Positions 51,519 through 63,055 of a stretch of 64,000 nucleotides of DNA are shown in pieces. The notes below the pieces were generated by a model. It was not told the origin of the DNA, made no database searches, and saw only the letters and a program-made list of their open reading frames with translations. The stretch's first letter is position 1, and every line of letters begins with the position of its first letter. Source of the stretch: Macrostomum lignano (lineage: Eukaryota); NCBI GenBank assembly GCA_002269645.1, contig NIVC01002074.1, forward strand, positions 1-64,000, in the 5' to 3' direction. The position numbers and the translations under genes were made by a program.

Positions 51519-54284
51519 GACCAGCAGCAGCAGTACCAATACTATCAGCAGCCGATGCCTCCAGCAGCCGAGCCCGCTTCTATTGGCAACAATCATCGTT
51601 CCGTGTCGGTGTCTCCTCCGGGCTACCGACCGGCTCCGCTGCCACCTCAGCCGCCGCCGCAACACCCGGCCATGCCTTACCCGGTGCCCGCTGCCACCGC
51701 TGCGGCTCCGGTCAGACTTCACGGCCACTCCCGGTCCCGCTCGCTGCCCGACGACGAGTCGCCCCCGTCGCCCCCGTCGCCGCCGCCGCCGCTGCCGCCG
51801 CCGCCGCTTCTTTCCTCCAATCTCCAGCAGCTGTCGCCTTCGACTTCTCCGCCGCTGCCGCCGTCGCTGCCGCCGTCGCTGCCGCCGCCGCTGCTGCACG
51901 ACGATGATTTTATTGGCCACGACGTCGGAGATGTTGTCTTGGACAACGGCGTCATCGTATCGGCACCGTCGTCGCATCGATATCGGCAGCACCAGCGGCA
52001 CCGACTCGACGACTCCGCCACTGACGACCCAGCGGACGATGAGGAGGCATGTGAAGCGACGCCCGACGAAGCTGACGATCTGAGCGGGCATCATCGCCAT
52101 TACACTGGAGGCGTCGGCGGCTTCCGACGCAGCGCTATCGACGATTTCGTCGCTCGTCGAGCTGTGTGCGTCGATTTGAACAGCTCCAGCGACTCGGAGC
52201 TGGCGACAGCTGGCGAGCCGCCAAATTCAACAAGTCGATCGTCGGAGTTGAAGGCCGCCGCCGCTGCCGGTACGGTTGCGACTTCCACTGAGACTCAGGC
52301 CGGCACCGCCGCCTCCGCTGACGACGGCCTGATGGTGACGCTGGACAATCTGCCTCCGCTGGACAATTTCTCCTACAGAGACGACACCGTGGCAACGCCG
52401 CCAGTGGCCGCGGCTGAACGATTGGCCAACACGGAGGCCTACGTGAACTCGCACCGGGGCTACCGGTTCGCCTCTGACCTGCTGCTGTACTATGAGGACG
52501 GCGTGGTCGGTCCGCATCCTCAGCAGCAGCAGCAGCAGAGGCCAGTTCCGGCTCCGTTGTTACTTGGCGCCGCAACATCGGCTGCCGACAGTCAGGACAG
52601 TCAGGACGAGCTGGCCGCCTATCTTGGCGGTATCGCCGGCACCAGCGCCAGGTACTTCCAGCAGCACCAGCCGAAGCACCCCCAGCAGCCGCAGCGTCAC
52701 CTTCGTCACGGTCCGTCTGCGGCGTCGTCAAATTCCATCGACGACGACGACGACGACGACGAAGGAGACGATGCCGGCGGCGGTGTCGACGAGCGGATGA
52801 GCCGGCCGAGGTCGGTCAGCCGGCTGGAGAGCGCGCTGGCCACGCCGAAGACCGGGTCGCCGACGGCGGATCTGGACATTGACGACGATGAGGACGAGGA
52901 CGATAATGATGAAGAACGAAGGGCAGCTGGGGAGCCGGAGGACGACTGGGATGATGACGAGTTCGCCACCAGAGCGGACGCCGCCATGGAGGCCGAGGCG
53001 CAAGTCGTGCTTCGCAATCGAGCACCCCGAGAGGTGGCCGTCCAAGCGAACGACGCCTCGCTGGATAGCGACGACGGCGACGACAGTGCTGACGACTGGC
53101 AGCAGAGAAGCCGAGTTGTTGACAGCGAGACCCAGACGGCTGGCGGAGAAGTCGAACCGGCTGGAGTCGGCGTCGATGTTGCAGTTGTCGGCGGCCCGGT
53201 TTGGTCCGACACCGTCGGCGTGATGTCGGGCGCCAGCCTCAGCGTCGGTGTCGGGGTTGGCCGGGGCTTCGTCACGCTGAGCACCGTCAACGAGGAGTCC
53301 GACGGCGGCGGCTCGGCGGCCAGCTGCCGCAGCGGCTCTGTCGAACTTGGCGGCGTCGGCGTTGCGGCGGCCAGCGCTCTCGCAATCTCGCTGCAGCAGA
53401 GCGAGTGCGTCCGCGTCGATCTCAGCAGCTCCAGCAGCTGCTCCGGCGACGGCGAGGGAGACAGAGATGGCGACGTCGAGGAAGATTCAGGCCCAAGGCC
53501 GCCAACGCCGCCGCCGCCTCCTAGTAAGTCGCTGCACTCGCCGGATTCCACGGCGTCGAACTCCATCACCGGCGGAGGAGGCGGGGGTGGCAGCCGGCTG
53601 CACCTCTCGTCGGGCTCCTCGCCCTCGTCCTCGTCCTCCGTCCAGTCGGTGGCCTCCGACGACGACGCCTACGAGCAGCAGTTCGAGTCGCGGACTGAGC
53701 GGCTCCACTCGGCAGGCTCCGCCCCCGCCTTCGGGCCGCCGCCAACCGGCCCCCTGCCGCCGCCGCCGCCGCAGGCTCCGCCGCCGCCACCGCCGCCTCC
53801 TCCGCCGGCATTTTTCGGCCGTTCATCGGCGGCGCCAACGCTGGATGCTCTTCTTGAAGAGGCCGAGGCCGCATCCGCCGCGGCTTCGATGGCCGCGTCG
53901 CCCTCGCCGTCGCCGGCGCCAGCGGCGACAGCAGTGGCGGAGGAAGGCGCCGGGGTTCAGCGCCGCTCTCAGCCGGGCGATCCGGCGGCTCCGCAGCGCC
54001 GGTCCGGGCCGCCGATTCCGCCGCGCACAACCAGCATCTCCAGCTGGTCGCCTGTCATTGCCGCGCACCCGCTGTACGATGGAGATCAGCAGCAGCAGCA
54101 GCAGCAGCAGCAAGCGGCTGCAGACTCTTCTTCTACTGGCGAGGAGCACCTGGAGCAACAGCAGCTGCCACCGCCCCCGCCAGAGCTGCTGCATTTGCAC
54201 CTGTTGGAGCATCAGGCCAGCAACTATACAAGGCGGCAGAACTTTTTTGCTAATCCGTACGCCGCCGCCGCGGAAACGCCGTGA
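51519..54284 (+). CDS. FARP: FARP exon 11, large Pro/Ser/Asp/Glu-rich exon; terminal if read through to TGA 54284, or internal (51519-53523) if the GTAAGT donor at 53524 is used
   Basis: cggcag|GAC acceptor in phase with exon 10; 922-codon GC-rich open frame; phase-1 donor CCTA|GTAAGT matches the phase-1 acceptor at 61491. Confidence 0.82.
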   Translation, partial: DQQQQYQYYQQPMPPAAEPASIGNNHRSVSVSPPGYRPAPLPPQPPPQHPAMPYPVPAATAAAPVRLHGHSRSRSLPDDESPPSPPSPPPPLPPPPLLSSNLQQLSPSTSPPLPPSLPPSLPPPLLHDDDFIGHDVGDVVLDNGVIVSAPSSHRYRQHQRHRLDDSATDDPADDEEACEATPDEADDLSGHHRHYTGGVGGFRRSAIDDFVARRAVCVDLNSSSDSELATAGEPPNSTSRSSELKAAAAAGTVATSTETQAGTAASADDGLMVTLDNLPPLDNFSYRDDTVATPPVAAAERLANTEAYVNSHRGYRFASDLLLYYEDGVVGPHPQQQQQQRPVPAPLLLGAATSAADSQDSQDELAAYLGGIAGTSARYFQQHQPKHPQQPQRHLRHGPSAASSNSIDDDDDDDEGDDAGGGVDERMSRPRSVSRLESALATPKTGSPTADLDIDDDEDEDDNDEERRAAGEPEDDWDDDEFATRADAAMEAEAQVVLRNRAPREVAVQANDASLDSDDGDDSADDWQQRSRVVDSETQTAGGEVEPAGVGVDVAVVGGPVWSDTVGVMSGASLSVGVGVGRGFVTLSTVNEESDGGGSAASCRSGSVELGGVGVAAASALAISLQQSECVRVDLSSSSSCSGDGEGDRDGDVEEDSGPRPPTPPPPPSKSLHSPDSTASNSITGGGGGGGSRLHLSSGSSPSSSSSVQSVASDDDAYEQQFESRTERLHSAGSAPAFGPPPTGPLPPPPPQAPPPPPPPPPPAFFGRSSAAPTLDALLEEAEAASAAASMAASPSPSPAPAATAVAEEGAGVQRRSQPGDPAAPQRRSGPPIPPRTTSISSWSPVIAAHPLYDGDQQQQQQQQQAAADSSSTGEEHLEQQQLPPPPPELLHLHLLEHQASNYTRRQNFFANPYAAAAETP

Positions 54285-54469
54285 TATGCGGCGAGGGGTC
54301 TCGTTTGAGAGAGGACTACCGGTTTTACACGTTCATAATGGGCCACCAATATGGTTTTTGCGGCGGGAGGACAAAGGACAAGGCAAATGTTAATTGGGCG
54401 CTGAAAGTGCGCCAAAGAGACTTAAAGACGTTAGGACAGATTCGGATGCTAAAACAGCATTTGAGGGCG

Positions 54470-55030
54470 CCAAGCCAGCATTTGGGGGCGCCAAACCAGC
54501 ATGAGGGGGCGCCAAACCAGCATTAGGGGGCGCCAAATCAGCAGCATTAGGGGGCGCCAAACCAGCATTAGGGGGCGCCAAATCAGCAGCATTAGGGGGC
54601 GCCAAACCAGCAGCATTAGGGGGCGCCAAACCAGCAGCATTAGGGGGCGCTAAACCAGCATGAGGGGGCGCCACACCAGCATGAGGGGGCGCCAAACCAG
54701 CATGAGGGGGCGCCAAACCAGCATTTGGGGGCGCCAAACCAGCATGAAGGGGCGCCAAACCAGCATGAGGGGGTGCCAAACCAGCAATGGGGTGCGCTAA
54801 ACCAGCATGAGGGGGCGCCACACTAGCATGAGGGGGCGCCAAACCAGCATGAGGGGGCGCCAAACCAGCATTTGGGGGCGCCAAATCAGCATGAGGGGGC
54901 GCCAAACCAGCATGAGGGGGCGCCAAACCAGCATTAGGGGGCGCCAAACCAGCATGAGGGGGCGCCAAACCAGCATGAGGGGGCGCCAAACCAGCATGAG
55001 TGGGCGCCAAACCAGCAGCATTAGGGGGCG
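54470..55030. repeat. 21/24-bp minisatellite (gggggcgccaaaccagcatga)
   Basis: About 25 copies. Confidence 0.95.
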
Positions 55031-55494
55031 CTTAAAGCTTTTAAAGGCTTCAAAGGAAGCGCCAATTTGACAAATGAAAACCGCACCAAAGTTGCCAAAA
55101 GCAGTCTCAGGAGCGCTAAGGAGCTGTGTAGAATGGGACCAAATCATTATTAACCATCAGTTAGGATCAGATTCCTTCATCAATAGGCATTGTTCCCTTT
55201 GTGCCATCCGAAGTTCAGCATGCGTGGCAGTCTAGAATTTCCCCTTTGTGTATGAAACTCGTTGAATTATGCGACAGTTTTTTTACATTTACATTGGATC
55301 CTAGTGATTAATGTATAGCATTGCTTCCATGCATGGTCTGGCGTTTGCCTGCATTTCTCCTGTTTTAGTTGAAGTTTATGTCATTATAATTGTTATATTA
55401 GTGCATTATTGAATATATATTGTGTTACTATAAGGTATGTGTATAAATATTATTGCGGTAATCCACGGACTTGGATGCGATGTCTCATTTGATA

Positions 55495-56375
55495 GACTAT
55501 ATCCAACCCCACACCCCATATCCAACCCCACACCCCATATCCAACCCCACACCCCATATCCAACCCCACACCCCATATCCGACCCCACACCCCATATCCA
55601 ACCCCACACCCCATATCCAACCCCACACCCCATATCCGACCCCACACCCTATATCCGACCCCACACCCCATATTCAACCCCACACCCCATATCCGACCCC
55701 ATACCCCATATCCAATCCCACACCCCATATCCAACCCCACACCCCATATCCAACCCCACACCCCATATCCAATCCCACACCCCCTATCCAACCCCACACC
55801 CCAAATCCAACCCCACACCCCATATCCAACCCCACACCCCATATCCAATCCCACACCCCATATCCAACCCCACACCCCATATCCAACCCCACACCCCATA
55901 TCCAATCCCACACCCCATATCCAACCCCACACCCCATATCCAACCCCACACCCCATATCCAACTCCACACCCCATATCCAGTTCCCCACACCCCATATCC
56001 AACCCCACACCCCAAATCCAACCCCACACCCCATATCCAACCCCACACCCCATATCCAATCCCACACCCCATATCCAACCCCACACCCCATATCCAACCC
56101 CACACCCCATATCCAATCCCACACCCCATATCCAACCCCACACCCCATATCCAACCCCACACCCCATATCCAGTTCCCCACACCCCATATCCAACCCCAT
56201 ACCCCATATCCAATCCCACACCCCATATCCAACCCCATACCCCATATCCAATCCCACACCCCATATCCAACCCCACACCCCATATCCAACCCCACACCCC
56301 ATATCCAACCCCACACCTCATATCTAACCCCGCACTTCATATCCAACTCCACACCCCACACCCCATAGCAACCCC
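55495..56375. repeat. 19-bp C-rich minisatellite (ccccatatccaaccccaca)
   Basis: About 45 copies. Confidence 0.97.
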
Positions 56376-57009
56376 CACACCTGATTACATGTATTGTTTT
56401 TGCTTGATATCCTTCTTAGCAACCCATTTTTGTGGTCATATTTGCTAAACCATTTATGATGACGTTCTCTGACCTTGGCTGTTGTCTATAAAAAAGAAAT
56501 TCTCGAGGCACAAAGCTTTGAGTAACTTTTAGTGCGATGTTTGTTTATAATAATTATTGAAACAGAAAATTAGTTCGTTTACAAAAAAATTAATCTAGCA
56601 TTGCTGACTGATGAAAGATGCATTTGTTTAAATTTAACAAAGACTTCTTGGACAAAGAGTATTTTTTATGTACGATTTAGTCTATTCTATCTGTTCTAAG
56701 CAAGAATCTTTTCTGTTGTGAATATTCTACTTACTAAATAGTATATTTGGCGTATTTTATTGTATAATTCTATGTTTTTGCTTCTGTCTATCTCGCGTTT
56801 TCTAGTCCTTGCTGAACTTTTATTAATTTCTTCTTAGGGAATTGTTTTGTTATAATTTGACCTGCTATTTATTTACTTTGGCACAAATATAATTTTGCAT
56901 GCAGCTGTTAATAATGGCTCAACTAACGATAAACTTATCGAATAATAGCATTTTTATGGCTTTTATTTAAATGGTTTAAAGTGGCAGATGCTAACGGCAG
57001 AGGTACTTC

Positions 57010-57330
57010 ATGTTTCTGTTTCTCATGCGTCTGTTTCTCATGCGTCTGTTTCTCATGCGTCTGTTTCTCATGCGTCTGTTTCTCATGCGTCCGTTTCTCA
57101 TACGTCTGTTTCTCACACATGTACGTCTGTTTCTCCTCTCTGTTTCTCATGCGTCTGTTCTTCATGCTTCTTTTTCTCATGTCTGTTTCTCATGCGTCTG
57201 TTTCTCATGCTTCTTTTTCTCATGTCTGTTTTGTGTCTGCTTCACGTACGTTTGTTTTACATGTCTGTTGCTCATACTTCTATTTCTCATTGTCATTATC
57301 TGTTTCTCATGCGTCGTTTTTTTATACTTT
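57010..57330. repeat. 15-bp minisatellite (tgtttctcatgcgtc), degenerating to the right
   Basis: Direct reading. Confidence 0.9.
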
Positions 57331-57464
57331 CGTGTTTTTCTCGTGTCCAAATTGTCTAATCAAAAGCGATTCGCTGCTACTTAAAGTAGCGAGTTTTCAA
57401 TAATTCTACAAAAGTATAGTATCTTACTTTAGAATTGTTTTAATGTTCAAAATACATTGCTATT

Positions 57465-57870
57465 GGCGTGGCGTGGGGGGGGGTTGCATCGACAGTGGCG
57501 TAGGTTGGGTGCATTGATAGTGGCGTGGTTGGGGTGCATTGATAGTGGCGTGGGTTGGGATGCATTGAAAGTGGCGTGGGTAGGGTGCATGGATAAGTGG
57601 CGTGGGGTGCGTGCATTGATAGTAGCGTGGGGTGGGTGCATTGATAGTGGCGTGGGGTGGGTGCATTGATAGTAGCGTGGGGGTGGGTGCATTGATAGTG
57701 GCGTGGGGTGGGTGCATTGATAGTGGCGTGGGGTGGGTGCATGGATAGTGGCGTGGGTTGGGATGCATTGATAGTGGCGTGGGTTGGGGTGCATTGATAG
57801 TGGCGTGGGTAGGGGTGCATGGATAGTGGCATGGGGTGGGTGCATTGATAGTAGCGTGGGGTGGGGTAGG
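57465..57870. repeat. ~23-24-bp G-rich minisatellite (ggtgcattgatagtggcgtgggg)
   Basis: About 16 copies. Confidence 0.93.
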
Positions 57871-57914
57871 ACGTACTGTATAGGTCTCCTGCGTATGCAC
57901 AATCAATGCATCAT

Positions 57915-58195
57915 TTCTCTTCCCCCCTCTTCTCTCCTCTCACTTCTCTTCTCTCATCTCCCCCCCCTCTTCTCTCATCTTTCCCCCCTTCTCTCATCTC
58001 TCCCTTCTTCTCTCATCTCCCCTTTTCTCTCATCTCTCCCCTTTTCTCTCCTCTCTCCACTCTTCTCTCCTCTTTCTCCACATCTCCTCTCCTCTTTCCT
58101 CTCTTATCTCCTCTTTCCTCTTTTTCTCTATATTCCTTCTTTCCTCTCTCATCTCTCCCCTCTTCTCTCCTCTTTCCCCTCTTCTCTTCTCCATA
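57915..58195. repeat. Polypyrimidine tract related to the 59125-60645 array
   Basis: Shares tctctcatctctcccc and ctctatattccttct words with that array. Confidence 0.9.
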
Positions 58196-59124
58196 GATAC
58201 TGCAAGGTCTCCTATACAGTACGTCCTACATCACCCCACGCCACTGTCTTGTCTATACAGTAAAGATGACAAGAATTTACACCCACTAAATCTAAACACT
58301 GGGGATCGTCTCTGCAAAGCCAAGAATTTACGGATATATTTAGCATAGAAATCAGTCTGTTAGTTATCTAAGATCCACTCTGCTGCAACATCGTTCTGCT
58401 TATTTCCAGACAGATTTCTGCAATATCTTTTGCAGATAAAATAATTAAACAAATTCAAATTATGCAAACTCAAAATCACTGCGAAATGGTGATTGCTTTT
58501 TTGATGGACTTTCGGCGCATTAGAAATTAGGGGATGCAGGATGGATACATGTACCTGTGTGTGATGACACTTCATGAGGACATATTCAAACGCAATTATG
58601 TAAATAAATACTTTAATATACAATAACAAATAGAATCTTATTAAATTCTGGTAATACAAGCCATCTGAAACCGAAGTCCGGGCAGCAGCCCTGCGCCCTT
58701 ACTAATTGATTTCCTGCTGGCCCTGAGAGGCATCCGAGCTAATTAGCATAATTTATTCAGGCCTAGTTATGGAGCAGCAGTCTGGTAAGCTCAGACACTA
58801 TGGCCTCCGGGCTGCTCACTCAGCGGACTCAGAGCTCACCGCTTTGATGATGGAGGCTGTGTGGGCCATGAGCCCAAGATTCAATCAAGGAGAACAAGCG
58901 AGCAAAACTCTGGATTGCCGGCATAAAAACGTTTCACATGATTGACTTTCACGAGTTAGTCCATAAGAAATCGCTTCTATCAAACAGAAGTTATGACAGA
59001 CTGCAATCAGCCTTTTCGTGTCTCTGCCGCCATCCGAGATTTTTGCGTAGATTGCTTCAGCATCAACTTTATTTGAAGAGCTTTCTAAATCACTTTTATG
59101 CTCAGCCATTTCCTCCTGCAATAG

Positions 59125-60645
59125 ATTTCTCCCCTCATCTCTCATCTCTCCACTCTCCTATCATCTCTCCCTTCTTCTCTCATCTCCCCCTCTTATCTCA
59201 TCTTCCCCTCTTCTCTCATCTCTCCCTTCTTCTCTCATCTCTCCCTTTTTCTCTCATCTCTCCCCTTTTCTCTCCTCTTTCCCCGCGTCTCCTCTCCCCT
59301 TTCCTCTCTTATCTCCTCTTTCCTCTATATTCCTTCTCCTTTCCTCTCTCATCTCTCCCTTTTTCTCTCATCTCTCCCCTTTTCTCTCCTCTTTCCCCGC
59401 GTCTCCTCTCCCCTTTCCTCTCTTATCTCCTCTTTCCTCTATATTCCTTCTCCTTTCCTCTCTCATCTCTCCCTTTTTCTCTCATCTCTCCCCTTTTCTC
59501 TCCTCTTTCCCCGCGTCTCCTCTCCCCTTTCCTCTCTTATCTCCTCTTTCCTCTATATTCCTTCTCCTTTCCTCTCTCATCTCTCCCTTTTTCTCTCATC
59601 TCTCCCCTTTTCTCTCCTCTTTCCCTGCGTCTCCTCTCCCCTTTCCTCTCTTATCTCCTCTTTCCTCTATATTCCTTCTCCTTTCCTCTCTCATCTCTCC
59701 CTTTTTCTCTCATCTCTCCCCTTTTCTCTCCTCTTTCCCCGCGTCTCCTCTCCCCTTTCCTCTCTTATCTCCTCTTTCCTCTATATTCCTTCTCCTTTCC
59801 TCTCTCATCTCTCCCTTTTTCTCTCATCTCTCCCCTTTTCTCTCCTCTTTCCCCGCGTCTCCTCTCCCCTTTCCTCTCTTATCTCCTCTTTCCTCTATAT
59901 TCCTTCTCCTTTCCTCTCTCATCTCTCCCTTTTTCTCTCATCTCTCCCCTTTTCTCTCCTCTTTCCCCGCGTCTCCTCTCCCCTTTCCTCTCTTATCTCC
60001 TCTTTCCTCTATATTCCTTCTCCTTTCCTCTCTCATCTCTCCCTTTTTCTCTCATCTCTCCCCTTTTCTCTCCTCTTTCCCTGCGTCTCCTCTCCCCTTT
60101 CCTCTCTTATCTCCTCTTTCCTCTATATTCCTTCTCCTTTCCTCTCTCATCTCTCCCTTTTTCTCTCATCTCTCCCCTTTTCTCTCCTCTTTCCCCGCGT
60201 CTCCTCTCCCCTTTCCTCTCTTATCTCCTCTTTCCTCTATATTCCTTCTCCTTTCCTCTCTCATCTCTTCCTTCTTCTCTCTTATCTCATCTTCCCCTCT
60301 TCTCTCATCTTCCCCTCTTCTCTCATCTCTCCCCTCTTCTCTCATCTTCCCCTCTTCTCTCATCTCTCCCCTCTTCTCTCATCTTCCCCTCTTCTCTCAT
60401 CTCTCCCCTCTTCTCTCATCTCTCCCCTCTTCTCTAATCTCTCCCCTTTTTCTCTCATCTCTCCCCTTTTCTCTTATGTCTCCCCTCTTCTCTCCGCTTT
60501 CCCCTCTTCTCATCTTCCACTCTTCTCATCTTCCCCTCTTCTCACATCTCTCCCTTTTTCTCTCATCTCTCCCTTTTCTCTCATCTCTCCCCTCTCATCT
60601 CCTCTCTCCTCTTTTTTCTCTATTCCCTCTCCTTTCCTCTCTCAT
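59125..60645. repeat. 114-bp polypyrimidine satellite (about 9 near-identical units) with degenerate flanks
   Basis: Period 114 measured at 59281/59395; source of the 499-aa pseudo-ORF. Confidence 0.97.
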
Positions 60646-61074
60646 CTGGCCGGCAGCCATGGGCTGGAGTTCTTTATCAGGCCCTTGAGGTAAATCAGCT
60701 TGCCGACCCCTGGCTCTAAAAGTATGAGCTGGCACTCCCTGTAGTTCTGCCTTTTTGTGTCTCCCTTTTTGTCGAGTCTCGAGCCCCAGTCACTGCCCTG
60801 AGGCGGGATCTGTCTCCATCGGCCATCCCTGCCTGTCCCTTCAACTCATCGAGTAACCAAGTCAGCTGATTGGTCAGCCGAGCCCTTCAAAGCCGGCCCG
60901 ACCGACTGTGGTCTGCTTTGGCATCCGGTGTCCGGCAAGTCTCAAGCAAGGAGCTGGTCATGCTGCAGACTTCTGCTCGAAACGTGAGTTTGCAAATTAT
61001 AATTTTTTAGTAAGGCAAACTCTTGTGCTCGGAATCCTGTTCAAATTCCGTAAGGGAAATAGTCCTATCACTCA

Positions 61075-61485
61075 AACCCGCACACCCCAGTCACTCAACC
61101 CCGCACACCCCAGTCACTAAAACCCGCACACTCCAGTCACACAAACCCGCACACCCCAGTCACTAAAACCCGCACACTCCAGTCACACAAATCCGCACAC
61201 CCCAGTCACTAAAACCCGCACACTCCAGTCACACAAACCCGCACACCCCAGTCACTAAAACCCGCACACCCCAGTCACTCAAACCCGCACACCCCAGTCA
61301 CTCAAACCCGCACACTCCAGTCACACAAACCCGCACACCCCAGTCACTAAAACCCGCACACCCCAGTCACTCAAACCCGCACACCCCAGTCACTCAAACC
61401 CGCACACCCCAGTCACTCAAACCCGCACACTCCAGTCACACAAATCCGCACACCCCAGTCACTCATTTCCGCACACCCAGTCACA
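61075..61485. repeat. 23-bp minisatellite (aaacccgcacaccccagtcactc) abutting the FARP DH-exon acceptor
   Basis: About 17 copies; the last degenerate unit runs into catccag|. Confidence 0.95.
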
Positions 61486-61490
61486 TCCAG

Positions 61491-62794
61491 GCTCCGAGCT
61501 GCCCTACCAGCTGTGCAAGGAGCTGCTGCTGACGGAGCGCAGCTACCAGCTCGACCTTCGACTGGCCTGTCGGCATCTGCGAGAAGCCCCGACTGCAACT
61601 GCGGCGACGACAGGCCAATCGGCGGCCGGGTCGTCAAGTTTCTGGCCGACTCTGGCGCCCTGCCTGGACCAGCTGGAGCTGCTCCGCTGCGAGCACCGGC
61701 ACCTGCTGACCGACCTGGAGCTGCGCCTCCGCGACTGGGAATCCGCCGCCGCCGAGCGTCGGGGACGTCGACGAGTTGGCGACCTGCTGCTCCTGCGGCT
61801 GCTCCGTCTGCTGCCGGCCTACAGGCGCCTGTCGACCGATGCGCCTCGGCTGGTCGGCACCGTCTGTTTGGCGCGACAAAACGGCGAGGTCGACGCCGTC
61901 GCCGTAAGCTTCTCGTCGATGACGCTGCACCGGCTGGTGCTGGCACCGGCGCACCGCCTGCTGCAGTACCGCCTGCTGTGCGACCGCCTGCTGCGTCACC
62001 ATGGCAACGGTGTAGACGGTGACGCCGACGCCCGAGCCGACGCCGACGACTGCCGCCTGCTGCGAGACCAGCTGGGCGACGCTCTTCGCCAGTGCAACGC
62101 CGCATGCTGCGCAGCCGAGCAGATGTGCACCTTGGCTGAGCTGCCAATCAGCGACGACTTGGCCGACGCCGGCAAGGGATTGCGGCTGGACGCGCGGCTG
62201 TACCGCCTCGGCTGCCTGCGCCGGTTGCCGTCGGGCAAGAGGCTGCTGGTCTGCCTGACCGGCGACTGCCTGCTGCTCATCGCCTGCCGCAGCGGCCCGA
62301 GGCACTTCCGGCTGCTGGAAGGCATCCGACTGGATGGCCTCGAGGTCGACCTTCAGCCAGTTGAGGCGTCGGTTGCTATGGAGACAAACGCGTTTGCCGT
62401 GAGCGGAACTTTCAGCCTTCGGCAGAGGCAGCGCTGGCGGCGTGTTGCGCTGGCAGCTGAGACACCGCGGGAGCAGCGACTCTGGCTGGAGGATCTGGCG
62501 GCGGCTCGTGCTGGAGCTGCAGACGGCTCCCCCTCGGCGCCTTTTGAACTGACGGCGCTGCCAATGCCGCCACCGATATCGACGGAGCTCCAGATGCTTC
62601 AGCGACGCTTGTCAGTTGCGCGTGCCTGCTGGCATCTCGATGGTGGCGTCAGTATTGGCGCCGGCGAGTTGGCGCGTTGGCGCGCCTGCCGGCTCAGCGG
62701 CCACCTGCTGCGGAAGCTGCGCGACTCGCCCGGCTGGCAGCGGCTCTGGGTGGTGCTGGCCTGGGCGGCCCTGCACTTTTACAAGTCCTACCAT
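61491..62794 (+). CDS. FARP: FARP exon 12: DH (RhoGEF) domain, PH1, linker and start of PH2; gene continues past the window end
   Basis: One open frame from 61493 (the ORF track starts only at 61868): YQLCKELLLTERSYQLDL, VLAPAHRLLQYRLL, LAAETPREQRLWLEDL, ARACWHLDGGVS, LSGHLLRKLRDSPGWQRLWVVL...FYKSYH|GTTAGT. Confidence 0.9.
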
Positions 62795-62904
62795 GTTAGT
62801 GCGGGGGACTGGGAGACCGTAGCGCTTAGGAATGTACTTTTAGTGCTAATTGTAAAATGCACCTTTAGTGTTTATGATGGAATGAACTCTTGGTGATAAT
62901 GGTA

Positions 62905-63055
62905 GAATGTACTTTTAGTGTCTATGGTGGAATGTACTTTTAGTGTCTATGGTGGAATGTACTTTTAGTGTCTATGGTGGAATGTACTTTTAGTGTCTAT
63001 TGTGTAGTGTACTTTTAGTGCTTGTGGTGAAATGTACCTTTAGTGATAAGGAGAA
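62905..63055. repeat. 25-bp minisatellite (gtacttttagtgtctatggtggaat)
   Basis: About 6 copies. Confidence 0.88.

Noticed and set aside
51486-54393. Many overlapping antisense and alternate-frame ORFs over FARP exon 11 (also over exon 12 and the EGF and kinase exons)
   Set aside because: Shadow ORFs expected from GC-rich coding sequence; only the main frame fits splice phases and domain motifs.
58260-59145. Minus-strand frames EEMAEHKSDLESSSNKVDAE... and EWILDN*QTDFYAKYIRK as a nested gene or mariner relic
   Set aside because: No convincing acceptor, an internal stop, and only vague motif similarity.
54390-60437. ORFs in the 54-60 kb arrays, including the 499-aa L/S/P/F-rich ORF
   Set aside because: All are repeat translations with no unique domain content.
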